This document shows, one piece after another, positions 48,424-57,088 of a stretch of 64,000 nt of DNA. The notes below the pieces were generated by a model. It was not told the origin of the DNA and made no database searches. It saw nothing but the letters and a program-made list of their open reading frames with translations. Position 1 is the stretch's first letter, and every line of letters starts with the position of its first letter. A program made the translations under genes and the position numbers. The stretch lies in the IMG/VR virus record IMGVR_UViG_3300031951_000008; one strand, written 5' to 3'. Source of the DNA: a virus. Taxonomy: Duplodnaviria > Caudoviricetes.

Positions 48424-48667
48424 TGTTGTCTCCTTTGGTGTAAGAAATTGTCTTCTTTTTTGTGGCGGGTGGGGGTATTTTTGTGAATGGTTTTTATACC
48501 CCTCTTTGGTGGGGTTTTAGCGGTTTGCCTTGGTCGATATTCACGGTTGGTTGGTTGCTGTCATAACCTATTATCAGATTGCTCAGCGATGGTCGCTGGG
48601 CTGGTGCTGGGCGGTGGTCGCCTGGCTTGTAATATCGGTTGGTTGTTTTTGATGAGGGTATAATACG

Positions 48668-48937
48668 ATGGCTAGTGCAACGAAAGAAGTCAAGAAGGCG
48701 AAGGCTCCTAAGGCTCCTAAGGCTCCAAAGCCTGTGGTTGACATTTCGAAGTTCCCGGTGGCTGCGAAGGCCAATCCGAAGGCGAATTACACGATTGAGG
48801 GCATGGACGGCGAGTTCCGTTACTGCTTCGACAAGTACGACCTGTCGAAGGACCCACCAGCTTCTGCAAATGGGAAGCTCCGGGTTTACGCTCGGCAGGG
48901 TTCCAAGAACTCGGCTGCTCTTTTTGAGCAGATCTAG
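48668..48937 (+). CDS. Small basic protein with (KAP)n N-terminus
   Basis: KKAKAPKAPKAPKP; GAGGG RBS. Confidence 0.7.
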   Translation: MASATKEVKKAKAPKAPKAPKPVVDISKFPVAAKANPKANYTIEGMDGEFRYCFDKYDLSKDPPASANGKLRVYARQGSKNSAALFEQI

Positions 48938-49000
48938 TTTTGGTTGATCGATCTTAGGGTCAAGCAGGTAGCCACTCCTGCTTGGCTCTTTTCCTAAAGA

Positions 49001-49064
49001 GGGGCCGGGATTCAGCGACTTTAAGCGGGATCGCTGAGCGAGTTTGTGTGGCTCGCCCGGCCCC
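49001..49064 (+). ncRNA. Three-way-junction hairpin followed by a U-rich tract (terminator or cis element)
   Basis: GGGGCCGGG/CCCGGCCCC enclosing TCAGCGA/TCGCTGA and GCGAG/CTCGC; upstream hairpin CAAGCAGG/CCTGCTTG. Confidence 0.5.
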
Positions 49065-49097
49065 TTTCTTTCCTTATTTGCTGTGGAGTTGATAAGT

Positions 49098-49733
49098 ATG
49101 AGGCGTGCCTACCTTTTTCCGTCTGATGGCAGTGGTGGTACTCGCGGTGGTGTTGCTGACGCTGATGGTGAATCATTTGAACTAGAAGTAGGTAACCGCC
49201 AAGCTGCTTCTACTCAGATGCTTGCTTTGTGTGCTCACTATGACGAGATTATGGAGTATCTTAAGCTTACCGACAGCCATGTGGGGAGAATTATTTGCTC
49301 TTCTATCGAAGCTGAGGAGCGAAGACTGTTAGCCGAGTATAATGCCGAGTTAGGCCCGCCAACAGTGCAATCAGAATCGCAATTGACGCTTGGCGGTCTG
49401 ATCGATCGATTGTCGCAGCTAGATCCTTCGATGGAGATGTGCGGAATTCGTATGCCTCACAGCTATCGAGGGTATTATAAAGATCTGGCCTTTGAATTGT
49501 GCGACAGCAAGCGGTCGAATTCACGCCAAAAAGTCGCCGACATCCTTAACACAGCAAAAAGCTGTGTTGGCAAGGACTTTGTGGGTTACAAAGGCGGTGA
49601 TTATCGTATGACGCGTGATACGCTAGTATGGATTGCCGATCACGGTAATCTTGGCGAGAAGATCATATCGATTGGTGACGATGGATTGATTGCTACGGCG
49701 AAAGATGAGTCGTCGTCACTGGGTCTGTTGTAG
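49098..49733 (+). CDS. Conserved phage hypothetical protein
   Basis: 'HSYRGYY.DLAF ... GYKGGDY.M ... WIA' pattern. Confidence 0.7.
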   Translation: MRRAYLFPSDGSGGTRGGVADADGESFELEVGNRQAASTQMLALCAHYDEIMEYLKLTDSHVGRIICSSIEAEERRLLAEYNAELGPPTVQSESQLTLGGLIDRLSQLDPSMEMCGIRMPHSYRGYYKDLAFELCDSKRSNSRQKVADILNTAKSCVGKDFVGYKGGDYRMTRDTLVWIADHGNLGEKIISIGDDGLIATAKDESSSLGLL

Positions 49734-49758
49734 GTTTACACTTGATTCACTTGTGCCT

Positions 49759-49814
49759 GGGTTTACGAAGGGTTTCGAAGGCTAAGTTATCTTGGCCACT
49801 TACTTCGTAGACTT
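49759..49814 (+). ncRNA. Intergenic nested hairpin
   Basis: GGGTTTACGAAG/CTTCGTAGACTT enclosing GGCTAAG/CTTGGCC. Confidence 0.45.
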
Positions 49815-49832
49815 GCTCAGGTATTTAGTGGC

Positions 49833-50030
49833 GGATCGGAAGCGTAATAGAAGATAGAAGTTCGCTCACGATGATACAAGTTTACTGGGGCACGTACGCC
49901 GGTAAACTAGTGTTGTGGGAGAGCTTCATAACGCACACGTTGAAGATGGAGTGAAATTGCTGCGAGAGTAGCTCCCGCGTGGTCTTAGCAGGGCGCAGAC
50001 CTTATAGAGTGGGTAAAATCCACCCGATCC
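49833..50030 (+). ncRNA. tRNA-like RNA A (198 nt)
   Basis: GGATCGG/CCGATCC acceptor; T-arm-like GTGG-GTAAAAT-CCAC; followed by a T-run. Confidence 0.55.
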
Positions 50031-50049
50031 GTTTTTACTTTTTCGGAGT

Positions 50050-50442
50050 TTGAGGATGAAGGTTAAGAAGTTTGGTGACTTGGTCACGCTGTACACTGAA
50101 GATGAAGATCCTGCTATGGGTAGGGTTGGTAGTGCTAGTATTGGCTGGTCCAGTATTTTGCCGACTAGTGATACTAAGTTAGTTCGACAGCTTGCTGCGG
50201 ATTTGCTTAAGGCGGCTGCGGAGGCAGAGGAGTTTCAATCTATTGCGGCTGAAGTTGCTGCGGCAGATCGTATGGATGAGAACGATGAGGAATGCTTAAC
50301 AAACAAATTGCCTAAGGCGGTTGCGGAGGCAGAGATTGCGGCTGCAGCAGATCGTATGGATGGCGAAGATGGTTCGCCAGTTATTAAACGTCATGGAAGG
50401 AGTAATACACAAGCTCGAACGACAGTTCCCCGGAAGCGTTAA
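50050..50442 (+). CDS. Hypothetical protein with internal duplication
   Basis: 'AEAE..AAADRMD' occurs twice. Confidence 0.65.
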   Translation: MRMKVKKFGDLVTLYTEDEDPAMGRVGSASIGWSSILPTSDTKLVRQLAADLLKAAAEAEEFQSIAAEVAAADRMDENDEECLTNKLPKAVAEAEIAAAADRMDGEDGSPVIKRHGRSNTQARTTVPRKR

Positions 50443-50756
50443 TGCCTAAAGCGACAAGACTTCTTGAAATTCCTAGTATTCCAGCTCGGCCTCACGCTAA
50501 TGTGATGGATACTCTCTCTAAGCTTTATGTTATTGAGGGTGTGCCTGGTATCTTTTTCTTTTTGAATGTTGTAGGTCCTAATTATCCGGATCTTCCTGGT
50601 GAGGTTGTTGCTGAGGTTTTCCTTTGGAGTAAGGATGAGCAAAGGAAGGTTTGGAAGCGTGGTTTGTTTAAGCATGATCTTGCTATGGAGCACGTTATGC
50701 GTGTGGCTATGAACGGTTCTTATGTTGCTCCTGATAGTGATATTCAGCCAGAGTAG
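50442..50756 (+). CDS. Hypothetical protein
   Basis: TAATG coupling. Confidence 0.7.
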   Translation: MPKATRLLEIPSIPARPHANVMDTLSKLYVIEGVPGIFFFLNVVGPNYPDLPGEVVAEVFLWSKDEQRKVWKRGLFKHDLAMEHVMRVAMNGSYVAPDSDIQPE

Positions 50757-50820
50757 TCTCTTTGTCATATATTATAGCTAATCTGGTCAGTTCTACACAG
50801 GACTTGGGGCGAGGCATATT

Positions 50821-51072
50821 ATGACGAAGTTTTCCGATAAGGTACGTGAACGAGTTAGATCCAGCGGTTTGGCGAGCATGAGGGTCGCCAAAATGGCTTC
50901 TATCGAGACAAGCCATTTTACCAGGTTTATGAATGGTCAGAAAGGCCTTTCTTTGAACGCTTTGGATAGGTTGATTGCTGTCTTGGATGACATTCAGATT
51001 GGTTTTATTCCGGAAGACGAGGAGTATGATTGTGATTGTCCCGGTTGCAAAGTAATACGTAGTGAGGACTAG
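50821..51072 (+). CDS. XRE/Cro-like HTH protein
   Basis: 'VRSSGLASMRVAKMASIETSHFTRFMNGQKGLSLNALDRL'. Confidence 0.75.
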   Translation: MTKFSDKVRERVRSSGLASMRVAKMASIETSHFTRFMNGQKGLSLNALDRLIAVLDDIQIGFIPEDEEYDCDCPGCKVIRSED

Positions 51073-51099
51073 GGCGATGGGCACGAAGAGTAATCCACA

Positions 51100-51486
51100 T
51101 TGGAGGCGAGGGCGGAGGCCTATATGCTAGGGAAGCTAAGTTCTGCTTTATGCTGGTGTAGCAGTTTCGTCAATGTGCGTATCGAGCGATTTGATCGTTT
51201 CATTTTTGGTGATTCTATACCTGAAGAGGACTTTTTTGTGCCTGTGAAGCATGAGAGCATCCATCCTCTACCCTGGCGTGTCGTCTTTAAGCCTAGGAGT
51301 TCGCAGTGGCACCAGAGGAGTTGTCCTGTTGTTGTTGATGCTAATGATGCTACGGTCTTGGTACCTCAACAGCATGTGAATCATCCTGGTTTGAGGGATT
51401 TTTTAGCTGAGTCTATCTGTTTTGCGATCGTTGATAATGTTAACAAAACTGGTTGTTGGCATTTTGATCGTTACACTTTTGATTAG
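51100..51486 (+). CDS. Hypothetical protein
   Basis: ORF in the + strand run; start uncertain. Confidence 0.55.
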   Translation: MEARAEAYMLGKLSSALCWCSSFVNVRIERFDRFIFGDSIPEEDFFVPVKHESIHPLPWRVVFKPRSSQWHQRSCPVVVDANDATVLVPQQHVNHPGLRDFLAESICFAIVDNVNKTGCWHFDRYTFD

Positions 51487-51495
51487 GGGTTCGTT

Positions 51496-52212
51496 ATGTC
51501 TTTGCTCGATTTATTGTCCGATAGTTCTGTCACCAAAAATGTACGTGAGTTCATGAGCTGGCCTACACATACGCAGAATTTGTGTATCGCTATTCAGAAG
51601 GTGGTTGGCTCTCCTGCTGGTAGCAAGAGTCCGATGCGGGTTGTAAAGCCTAGGAAGGTTCGCCAGCAGAAGGAGCGAAAGAATGCCACCGGTATTCTCT
51701 CGGCCCTGGCTGACGCGACCATAAAACCTGCGAGGAAGGCTCGCCAGCAGAAGGGGCGAAAGAATTATTCTTCCTCTGACAGGGCTTTGATGGCTTCCCT
51801 TTTCCGTGGTATCACCGACAATGGATCGGTTGTCTATGAGCATGATGGTAAGCATCAAGGGCATGGACCTGTCAGGCTTTATACGAAGGTCGCTGTTTTC
51901 CGTCGTTTGGCGGATCGTTTTGGTGTTTCTCGGAATGCTGTTTCTTCTCAGTACTTTTTGTGGCTGAAGAACCGGGATAAGTATGCTCTTTCGCTACGCA
52001 ACGAAGAGATCCGGCCTGTAAGTGAGATTATCGATCTCGGCCATGCAAAAGCCAAAGCAAAAGCGGCTAAGGCCAAGAAGGCAGTGAAGACTGCGAAGGC
52101 GGCTAAGGCCAAGAAGGCTGTGAAGGCCAAGAAAGCTGTGAAGACCAAGGAACCATTTTCTGTATCGCGTAGCACGTGGTCGCCATCACAACCTCTTGTG
52201 GTTCATTCCTGA
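51496..52212 (+). CDS. Basic protein with histone-H1-like K/A repeats
   Basis: 'KAKAKAAKAKKAVKTAKAAKAKKAVKAKKAVKTK'; duplicated 'KARQQK.RKN'. Confidence 0.7.
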   Translation: MSLLDLLSDSSVTKNVREFMSWPTHTQNLCIAIQKVVGSPAGSKSPMRVVKPRKVRQQKERKNATGILSALADATIKPARKARQQKGRKNYSSSDRALMASLFRGITDNGSVVYEHDGKHQGHGPVRLYTKVAVFRRLADRFGVSRNAVSSQYFLWLKNRDKYALSLRNEEIRPVSEIIDLGHAKAKAKAAKAKKAVKTAKAAKAKKAVKAKKAVKTKEPFSVSRSTWSPSQPLVVHS

Positions 52213-52383
52213 AAAGATTTAATGCGTTTCTTTTTTCTGATCCTATTAGATTATATCTAGTAGGATATCGGATTGAAGTCTTGACCTGATATTCTTGGCT
52301 TAGAGGTTGTCGCCACAGGGTATTATGCGAGAGGCGATGTGCCAAGCTCGACTGCGGCAGCTATGCGAAGAGAGGTTTGTGCT

Positions 52384-53049
52384 ATGAGTTTGTTCAAGAA
52401 AGCGACGGCGGTTAAGAAGGCTGAACCAGCGAAGAAGGCCAAGGGTATTGCTTGGCTTGTTGGTGATCCTTTGCAGGATGCCGTGGCCAAGGCGGTCAAG
52501 GCGATTGTTGGTATTTCCGCTGAACAGAAGGCTTTGGAAGCCAAGATGGAGGTCCACAAGACCGTCGTCAAGAAGTATGCTCATGACAATTTCGTGGGTG
52601 ATTTTACCCGCGATGGGGTGCTTCCTGAGACTCCGATGAAGGTTCAGACTGCTGATGGCGAGGCGGTGACTTACGTTGTTCAGGACCGTAGCAGCCAGTA
52701 CAAGGTTTCTGAGGAGCAGCAGGAGGCTTTGTGTGAATTGCTCGGTGCGGACGCTGTTCCGGATCTGCTCTACACTGAGTATACGTTCAAGTTCAATCGT
52801 CAGATCATGGCGATTCCTGGTGTGCAGGAGGCGATCGACAAGGCTTTGTCGTCTGCTGTCACGAAGCTTGTCAAGGGTGGTGAGTTGACTGAGGAGCAGG
52901 GCGATTCTTTGATTGAGGCTGACGAGCGGACTACGTTCCGTCCTGGTACGCTTGATCGTGTGCCTCAGATCGTCGGTAGCGATACGAATCGCGTGCGTCA
53001 GTTCATTGAGATTATGGGATCGTGCTGCACTCGCTATGTGAAGGCGTAG
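52384..53049 (+). CDS. Hypothetical protein (MSLFKKATAV...), GC-rich codons
   Basis: GAGG RBS; followed by a strong terminator. Confidence 0.8.
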   Translation: MSLFKKATAVKKAEPAKKAKGIAWLVGDPLQDAVAKAVKAIVGISAEQKALEAKMEVHKTVVKKYAHDNFVGDFTRDGVLPETPMKVQTADGEAVTYVVQDRSSQYKVSEEQQEALCELLGADAVPDLLYTEYTFKFNRQIMAIPGVQEAIDKALSSAVTKLVKGGELTEEQGDSLIEADERTTFRPGTLDRVPQIVGSDTNRVRQFIEIMGSCCTRYVKA

Positions 53050-53075
53050 CATTCCCTTCGTGTTTTGACCCCGAT

Positions 53076-53110
53076 GCCCCGCTGGCGGTGACGCTGGCGG
53101 GGCTTTTCTT
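53076..53110 (+). terminator. Rho-independent terminator
   Basis: GCCCCGCTGGCG-GTGA-CGCTGGCGGGGC-TTTTCTT. Confidence 0.85.
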
Positions 53111-53140
53111 ATATTCTAAATTCGTTACTGGTGTTATATC

Positions 53141-53953
53141 ATGCAAGAATCGGGTCTCTCAAGCTTTCAATTTGTGCTCGTTAAAGCTCATACCGCTGTA
53201 CAAGTCTACGAAGGGGCCGGTATTGGTGACATTGTAGCGTCACCAGAGTGGGATCCTGATCCGGATTGTTTTGTTGGATTTAGGTGTAAGTATCCGCCAG
53301 CTGATTACCGCAGACAGAAAGGATTGGTGGGTATTCGGAACACGAGTGATGGTTGGTATTATATGAACGGTGGTTATGGCGAACCACCTGCGTCCACATT
53401 GTACCGTGGTGAAGACGGGCCTGCTGGTGCTGAGTGGCTTGTTGTTAAGGTTTCTGATGCCGATTTGGTGGATGTCGATTATACGGCCCATATGGATGAA
53501 AAAACGAGTGCACAATATAACAAGACGTTCTGCAGTCTAGGCCATGTCTTTTGCAAATTCAGGAGGGGCCAGATTATTTTCAGAGGAGGTTCTGAGGAAT
53601 TATCACGTTCCGGATTCGCTGATGTAATACCTCTAAGCTCTAAGTGTGCTTATTATTGGGCAAAGGAGGTAGGTAATCGCGATTTAATGCTCACAAGGAT
53701 GGTAGATGATAAAATGGTGTTGTTCTGGGCAATGGATACGGATCTTTGTGATAATGATACGCGGTTGATGCTGCGTGATCGCATCAATGAGCAATGGGCT
53801 GCTAGACTGTGGGGTATTTTCATTGGCGACCGTGAGATCATGAGATCTCGCATAGTCGACCAAGTATGGATTGATTCGTGGAACGCATCGATGACGTTAT
53901 TTCCGAAGCCTTTGCTTTCTAAGAAGCTGGCGGTTAATAGCATACAAGCCTAA
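53141..53953 (+). CDS. Phage protein with DUF7666-like N-domain
   Basis: 'GDIVASPEWDPDPDC..G ... WLVVKV ... KFRRGQIIFRG'. Confidence 0.55.
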   Translation: MQESGLSSFQFVLVKAHTAVQVYEGAGIGDIVASPEWDPDPDCFVGFRCKYPPADYRRQKGLVGIRNTSDGWYYMNGGYGEPPASTLYRGEDGPAGAEWLVVKVSDADLVDVDYTAHMDEKTSAQYNKTFCSLGHVFCKFRRGQIIFRGGSEELSRSGFADVIPLSSKCAYYWAKEVGNRDLMLTRMVDDKMVLFWAMDTDLCDNDTRLMLRDRINEQWAARLWGIFIGDREIMRSRIVDQVWIDSWNASMTLFPKPLLSKKLAVNSIQA

Positions 53954-53992
53954 TATGAATAATAGTGCCTTGAAGCAGAAAGAATCACAAAA

Positions 53993-54250
53993 ATGAAATT
54001 GAAATATCAAGATTGTGACGGTCGCAATTCAGCAAATGATAGAGTTGGAAATCCAAAAGTCATCATCGAGATGACAGTTGATGAAATGATGAAATTTTCT
54101 GCGAAAACACATGCAGAAAAAATTGACCAAAGCATCAAAATCTTGAAAAACACCCTCACCGTAATCGAAAATTTGAAGTATGGGGATCGTAATCCCTATA
54201 TGAAACTTGACGGTGTTGTGCGTTTGGATATTAACATCGATAATCCTTGA
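53993..54250 (+). CDS. Hypothetical protein, AT-rich
   Basis: ORF. Confidence 0.65.
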   Translation: MKLKYQDCDGRNSANDRVGNPKVIIEMTVDEMMKFSAKTHAEKIDQSIKILKNTLTVIENLKYGDRNPYMKLDGVVRLDINIDNP

Positions 54251-54288
54251 ACAGTAGTACCACTTGTTGTGTTAGTATTTAGTAAGTT

Positions 54289-54389
54289 GGATCGGTAGTG
54301 AGTTGGGGTTAGTGACCTGTAAAATGATTGCAGCACTCTGCAATCGTAGCTTGCGAGCGGAACACGCTGGTTCGAATCCGGCCCGATCC
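54289..54389 (+). ncRNA. tRNA-like RNA B (101 nt)
   Basis: GGATCGG-TAG start; T-arm GCTGG-TTCGAAT-CCGGC; CCGATCC-TTTT end; no canonical anticodon arm. Confidence 0.7.
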
Positions 54390-54393
54390 TTTT

Positions 54394-54505
54394 GAAGTTA
54401 GGAGAGTGTGGCCTAAACCGGAAAGCGGGATGGGTGGCAGGTCAGGTCAGTAATGACCCTTTGGTAGCATCATAGTGCGAAAGGCACAGTATACACCCTG
54501 ACTTC
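54394..54505 (+). ncRNA. Structured RNA with GNRA hairpins
   Basis: Closing stem GAAGTTAGG/CCTGACTTC; GGTCA-GTAA-TGACC; GTGC-GAAAG-GCAC; CCTAA...ATGG receptor-like motif. Confidence 0.55.
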
Positions 54506-54512
54506 ATTTTTT

Positions 54513-54632
54513 GGATCGGCGGCGTTGTGGGTACACGCGACCCGTGGCGAGGGCGACTAGGGGCCACACACGGCGATAAAACGAAAGCGAGTTGTACATA
54601 GCTTGCGAGCAGGTTCGAATCCTGTCCGGTCC
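54513..54632 (+). ncRNA. tRNA-like RNA C (120 nt)
   Basis: GGATCGG/CCGGTCC; T-arm GCAGG-TTCGAAT-CCTGT; shares TAGCTTGCGAGC with RNA B. Confidence 0.7.
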
Positions 54633-54755
54633 TTTGAGTCACTAGCAATCACGGCAGCGATGCCGTCAAGTGACGCGACGAGACCGATTGCTTATATCGT
54701 TGCCAGGGCCGTGACTGACTGTAGCGCGACAGTGGATGCAAGCACGGAGACTGTG

Positions 54756-54779
54756 ACAGCCGGAGAGACGGCGAGGATC
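54756..54779 (+). repeat. 24-bp direct repeat, copy 1 (second copy 55008-55031)
   Basis: ACAGCCGGAGAGACGGCGAGGATC, containing hairpin GCCG/CGGC. Confidence 0.9.
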
Positions 54780-54876
54780 GGTGGCAATCCTAAAGATTGC
54801 AGGGGTGTTGATCGCGACAACACTACCAGAAGTTCTGCCCATAAGCGACTTGGCAGGAGAATCACCTGCCCGATCC
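54775..54876 (+). ncRNA. tRNA-like RNA D (102 nt)
   Basis: GGATCGG/CCGATCC; T-arm-like GCAGG-AGAATCA-CCTGC; T6 tail. Confidence 0.6.
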
Positions 54877-55007
54877 TTTTTTAAGCGAACAGCGGTTATA
54901 GAACGTCACAACAGTTACCAGTGGTGAACCCAATAGTTGGGGAACTTCTCCTATTAAGCTCTGCAGAGCCCAACGGTGATGGAAAACACAAAAACTATAC
55001 GGGCGTA

Positions 55008-55031
55008 ACAGCCGGAGAGACGGCGAGGATC
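55008..55031 (+). repeat. 24-bp direct repeat, copy 2
   Basis: ACAGCCGGAGAGACGGCGAGGATC. Confidence 0.9.
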
Positions 55032-55123
55032 ATCGCGTCGTGACGGTAATCACGACAGCACAAGAGGCGTGCGGGATTGTTTGCTGCTAGCGTTAAAGCC
55101 CTTTTGCAAACCTTTCGAAGTGA

Positions 55124-55345
55124 GTGAGAAGCTCACATGGTCCTTTTACTTTTAGGTGTACAATGGAATGCACTGAATACACTGAATACTCATATGTCGT
55201 GTTCGATTCAAAAGCGAATGTAATCGCGGTGTACACCGCGAAAGATTATGCATACAGATTAGCACAAAAGCTAGATGGTCATGTGCAGATTTGTGAACTC
55301 GATCCGCATATTGGTACAAGTATAGATGGAATACTTAGCTCATGA
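55124..55345 (+). CDS. Small hypothetical protein
   Basis: 'YVVFDSKANVIAVY...AYRLA'; start uncertain. Confidence 0.55.
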   Translation: MRSSHGPFTFRCTMECTEYTEYSYVVFDSKANVIAVYTAKDYAYRLAQKLDGHVQICELDPHIGTSIDGILSS

Positions 55346-55574
55346 GCCATATTCCTTTCGGGGCCTTATCCGCCATAATACATCGGCAGGTCGTTTAAAT
55401 AAGACATGCTGCCCATTTGTCCGGAGTGGGTAGCATATGCAAGCAAGCCAATCAAGCCAGGTTATCCGGTACCCAGGAGGCAAAGGGCTTCACGATAGGG
55501 GAGGGGTGATTGGGGCTGTGCAAGTCTTGCCCTGCTTTTATACTGTTTGTTTCATTTCTATATGGAGGAGCGTT

Positions 55575-56372
55575 ATGCTACCGCGTTTATTTGTGATGGT
55601 TTTGTGTCTGTCCGGCTTAGTGGCTGGGCAAGAGCTTTCTGCTGACAGGGTCGAGAAGCTTGGCAAGGCCATGCTTGCTGCTACTTTGGACTTTCAGAAA
55701 GCAAGGCTTGAGGTTTACAATCAACAAATTCTGGCTTGCGAGGGTGAGATGGCGAAGGCCAATCACCCGCAGTACGGAAACCGCAGAACGGCACCTCAAG
55801 TTACCAAGCAGATGAAACAAGAGATTAAGAGATTGGAGGCTCTGCGTGATCTTGTCTACGACGACGCGATACCGCTGCTAGAGGTCAGGACCCTTGCTAC
55901 TGGCCAAGCTGGTTACTTAGGGTCAGGCGATCTGTTTACGCCGGTCAAGGTTATGCAGGTTCTGCAGGATTCGAGGATTCTTATCTCTTGTGGCAGGGAA
56001 ACGCTGATTTTAACGGGTGTAAAGACAACCGATGTGACAGATGGAAAGGTCATCGATTTGCCTGGACCGGTTGAGGTTATCGGTACAGAATCCTATAAGA
56101 CAGTCACCGGTGCTTCAAACACTGTGTTTGTTATTCGGGGAATGCCGAGTCATGAGTGGGAGCAAGTCAGAGAATACTTGAAAAAGAATCTTCCAGGTAA
56201 GCCTCTTAAATTGCGTAAGTGGACAGATTTGGCCGGGAAGGTCTTGGTTGAGGCCGAATATGTCTCTCATGATAAGACCGAAGTCACTGTTCGGCTTGCT
56301 GATAAGACTGAGCAGAAGCTACCTATCAGTAAGCTAAACAAAATCGATCGCATGTTCATCAAGGACAAGTAG
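55575..56372 (+). CDS. Secreted protein with C-terminal SHD1 (SLA1-homology)-like domain
   Basis: GGAGGAG RBS; signal peptide MLPRLFVMVLCLSGLVAG; 'RKWTDLAGKVLVEAEYV....VTVRLADKTEQKLPISKLNKIDRMFI'. Confidence 0.75.
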   Translation: MLPRLFVMVLCLSGLVAGQELSADRVEKLGKAMLAATLDFQKARLEVYNQQILACEGEMAKANHPQYGNRRTAPQVTKQMKQEIKRLEALRDLVYDDAIPLLEVRTLATGQAGYLGSGDLFTPVKVMQVLQDSRILISCGRETLILTGVKTTDVTDGKVIDLPGPVEVIGTESYKTVTGASNTVFVIRGMPSHEWEQVREYLKKNLPGKPLKLRKWTDLAGKVLVEAEYVSHDKTEVTVRLADKTEQKLPISKLNKIDRMFIKDK

Positions 56373-56373
56373 C

Positions 56374-57012
56374 ATGAGGCCTGAGATAAAGGATACTATC
56401 CAGCAGGAGATTGATAAGGCTTTTGCTGGATTTTACAATAATCTTCCAGATATGCTACATAAACATCTGGAACAGATTACTCTTGCGATGATGGGCTTTA
56501 AGAAGGATTCTTTTAATGGCCTAACGCACATTGATGGATCGAAAGGGTCGATGGTCCATAGTGCCTTGCGGGTAGCTGTACTAAAGTATTTCGAATATGA
56601 TGTGCAGCCTATTATCGCTGAGGCTGTCAATTCTGAAAGCTTCAAGAAGGTAGTGAAAAAATTAGTTAGAAGTGAGCTAAAGAAGCAGCTATTTGAGATC
56701 ATCAAATCCAGAGCCACCAGTGAAGTTCGGACTACAATGAAGGCGGAGGTCGATCGATTGATTGGATCGATACAACGGGATTTTACCGAGGGCTTGAAAT
56801 CGTCTTGCTTTATGTTTCCTGTCGAAGACCCGTCTTCTGCGGTAAGGGTACATGGACGTAACTTGGCCGTCGACACTAACCATGTGCCAAATAGCGATTT
56901 TATCGCAAGCCAGGAAAACTTTGGTACTTTTATTGGTTCTGTGTTCTTGAGTCAAATTGCTGAGACTACCGTAAATGAGGCAATTGAAAAGGCCTCCCAA
57001 GACCCATTTTAA
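56374..57012 (+). CDS. Hypothetical helical protein
   Basis: ORF immediately after the upstream stop. Confidence 0.7.
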   Translation: MRPEIKDTIQQEIDKAFAGFYNNLPDMLHKHLEQITLAMMGFKKDSFNGLTHIDGSKGSMVHSALRVAVLKYFEYDVQPIIAEAVNSESFKKVVKKLVRSELKKQLFEIIKSRATSEVRTTMKAEVDRLIGSIQRDFTEGLKSSCFMFPVEDPSSAVRVHGRNLAVDTNHVPNSDFIASQENFGTFIGSVFLSQIAETTVNEAIEKASQDPF

Positions 57013-57088
57013 GGCCATATTCTCCTTGTATCTGATCCTGCCACAACGATATATCGGACGGCAGTTTCTAATAATGGGAGATATAATA

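Noticed and set aside
54394-54505. c-di-GMP-I (GEMM) riboswitch, suggested by GGCCTAAACC
   Set aside because: The conserved GGCAAACC...GACGCAAAG P1 elements were not found, and there is no adjacent downstream gene
54289-54876. Calling the GGATCGG elements standard tRNAs
   Set aside because: No 5-bp/7-nt anticodon arm or D arm could be placed, so no anticodon was assigned
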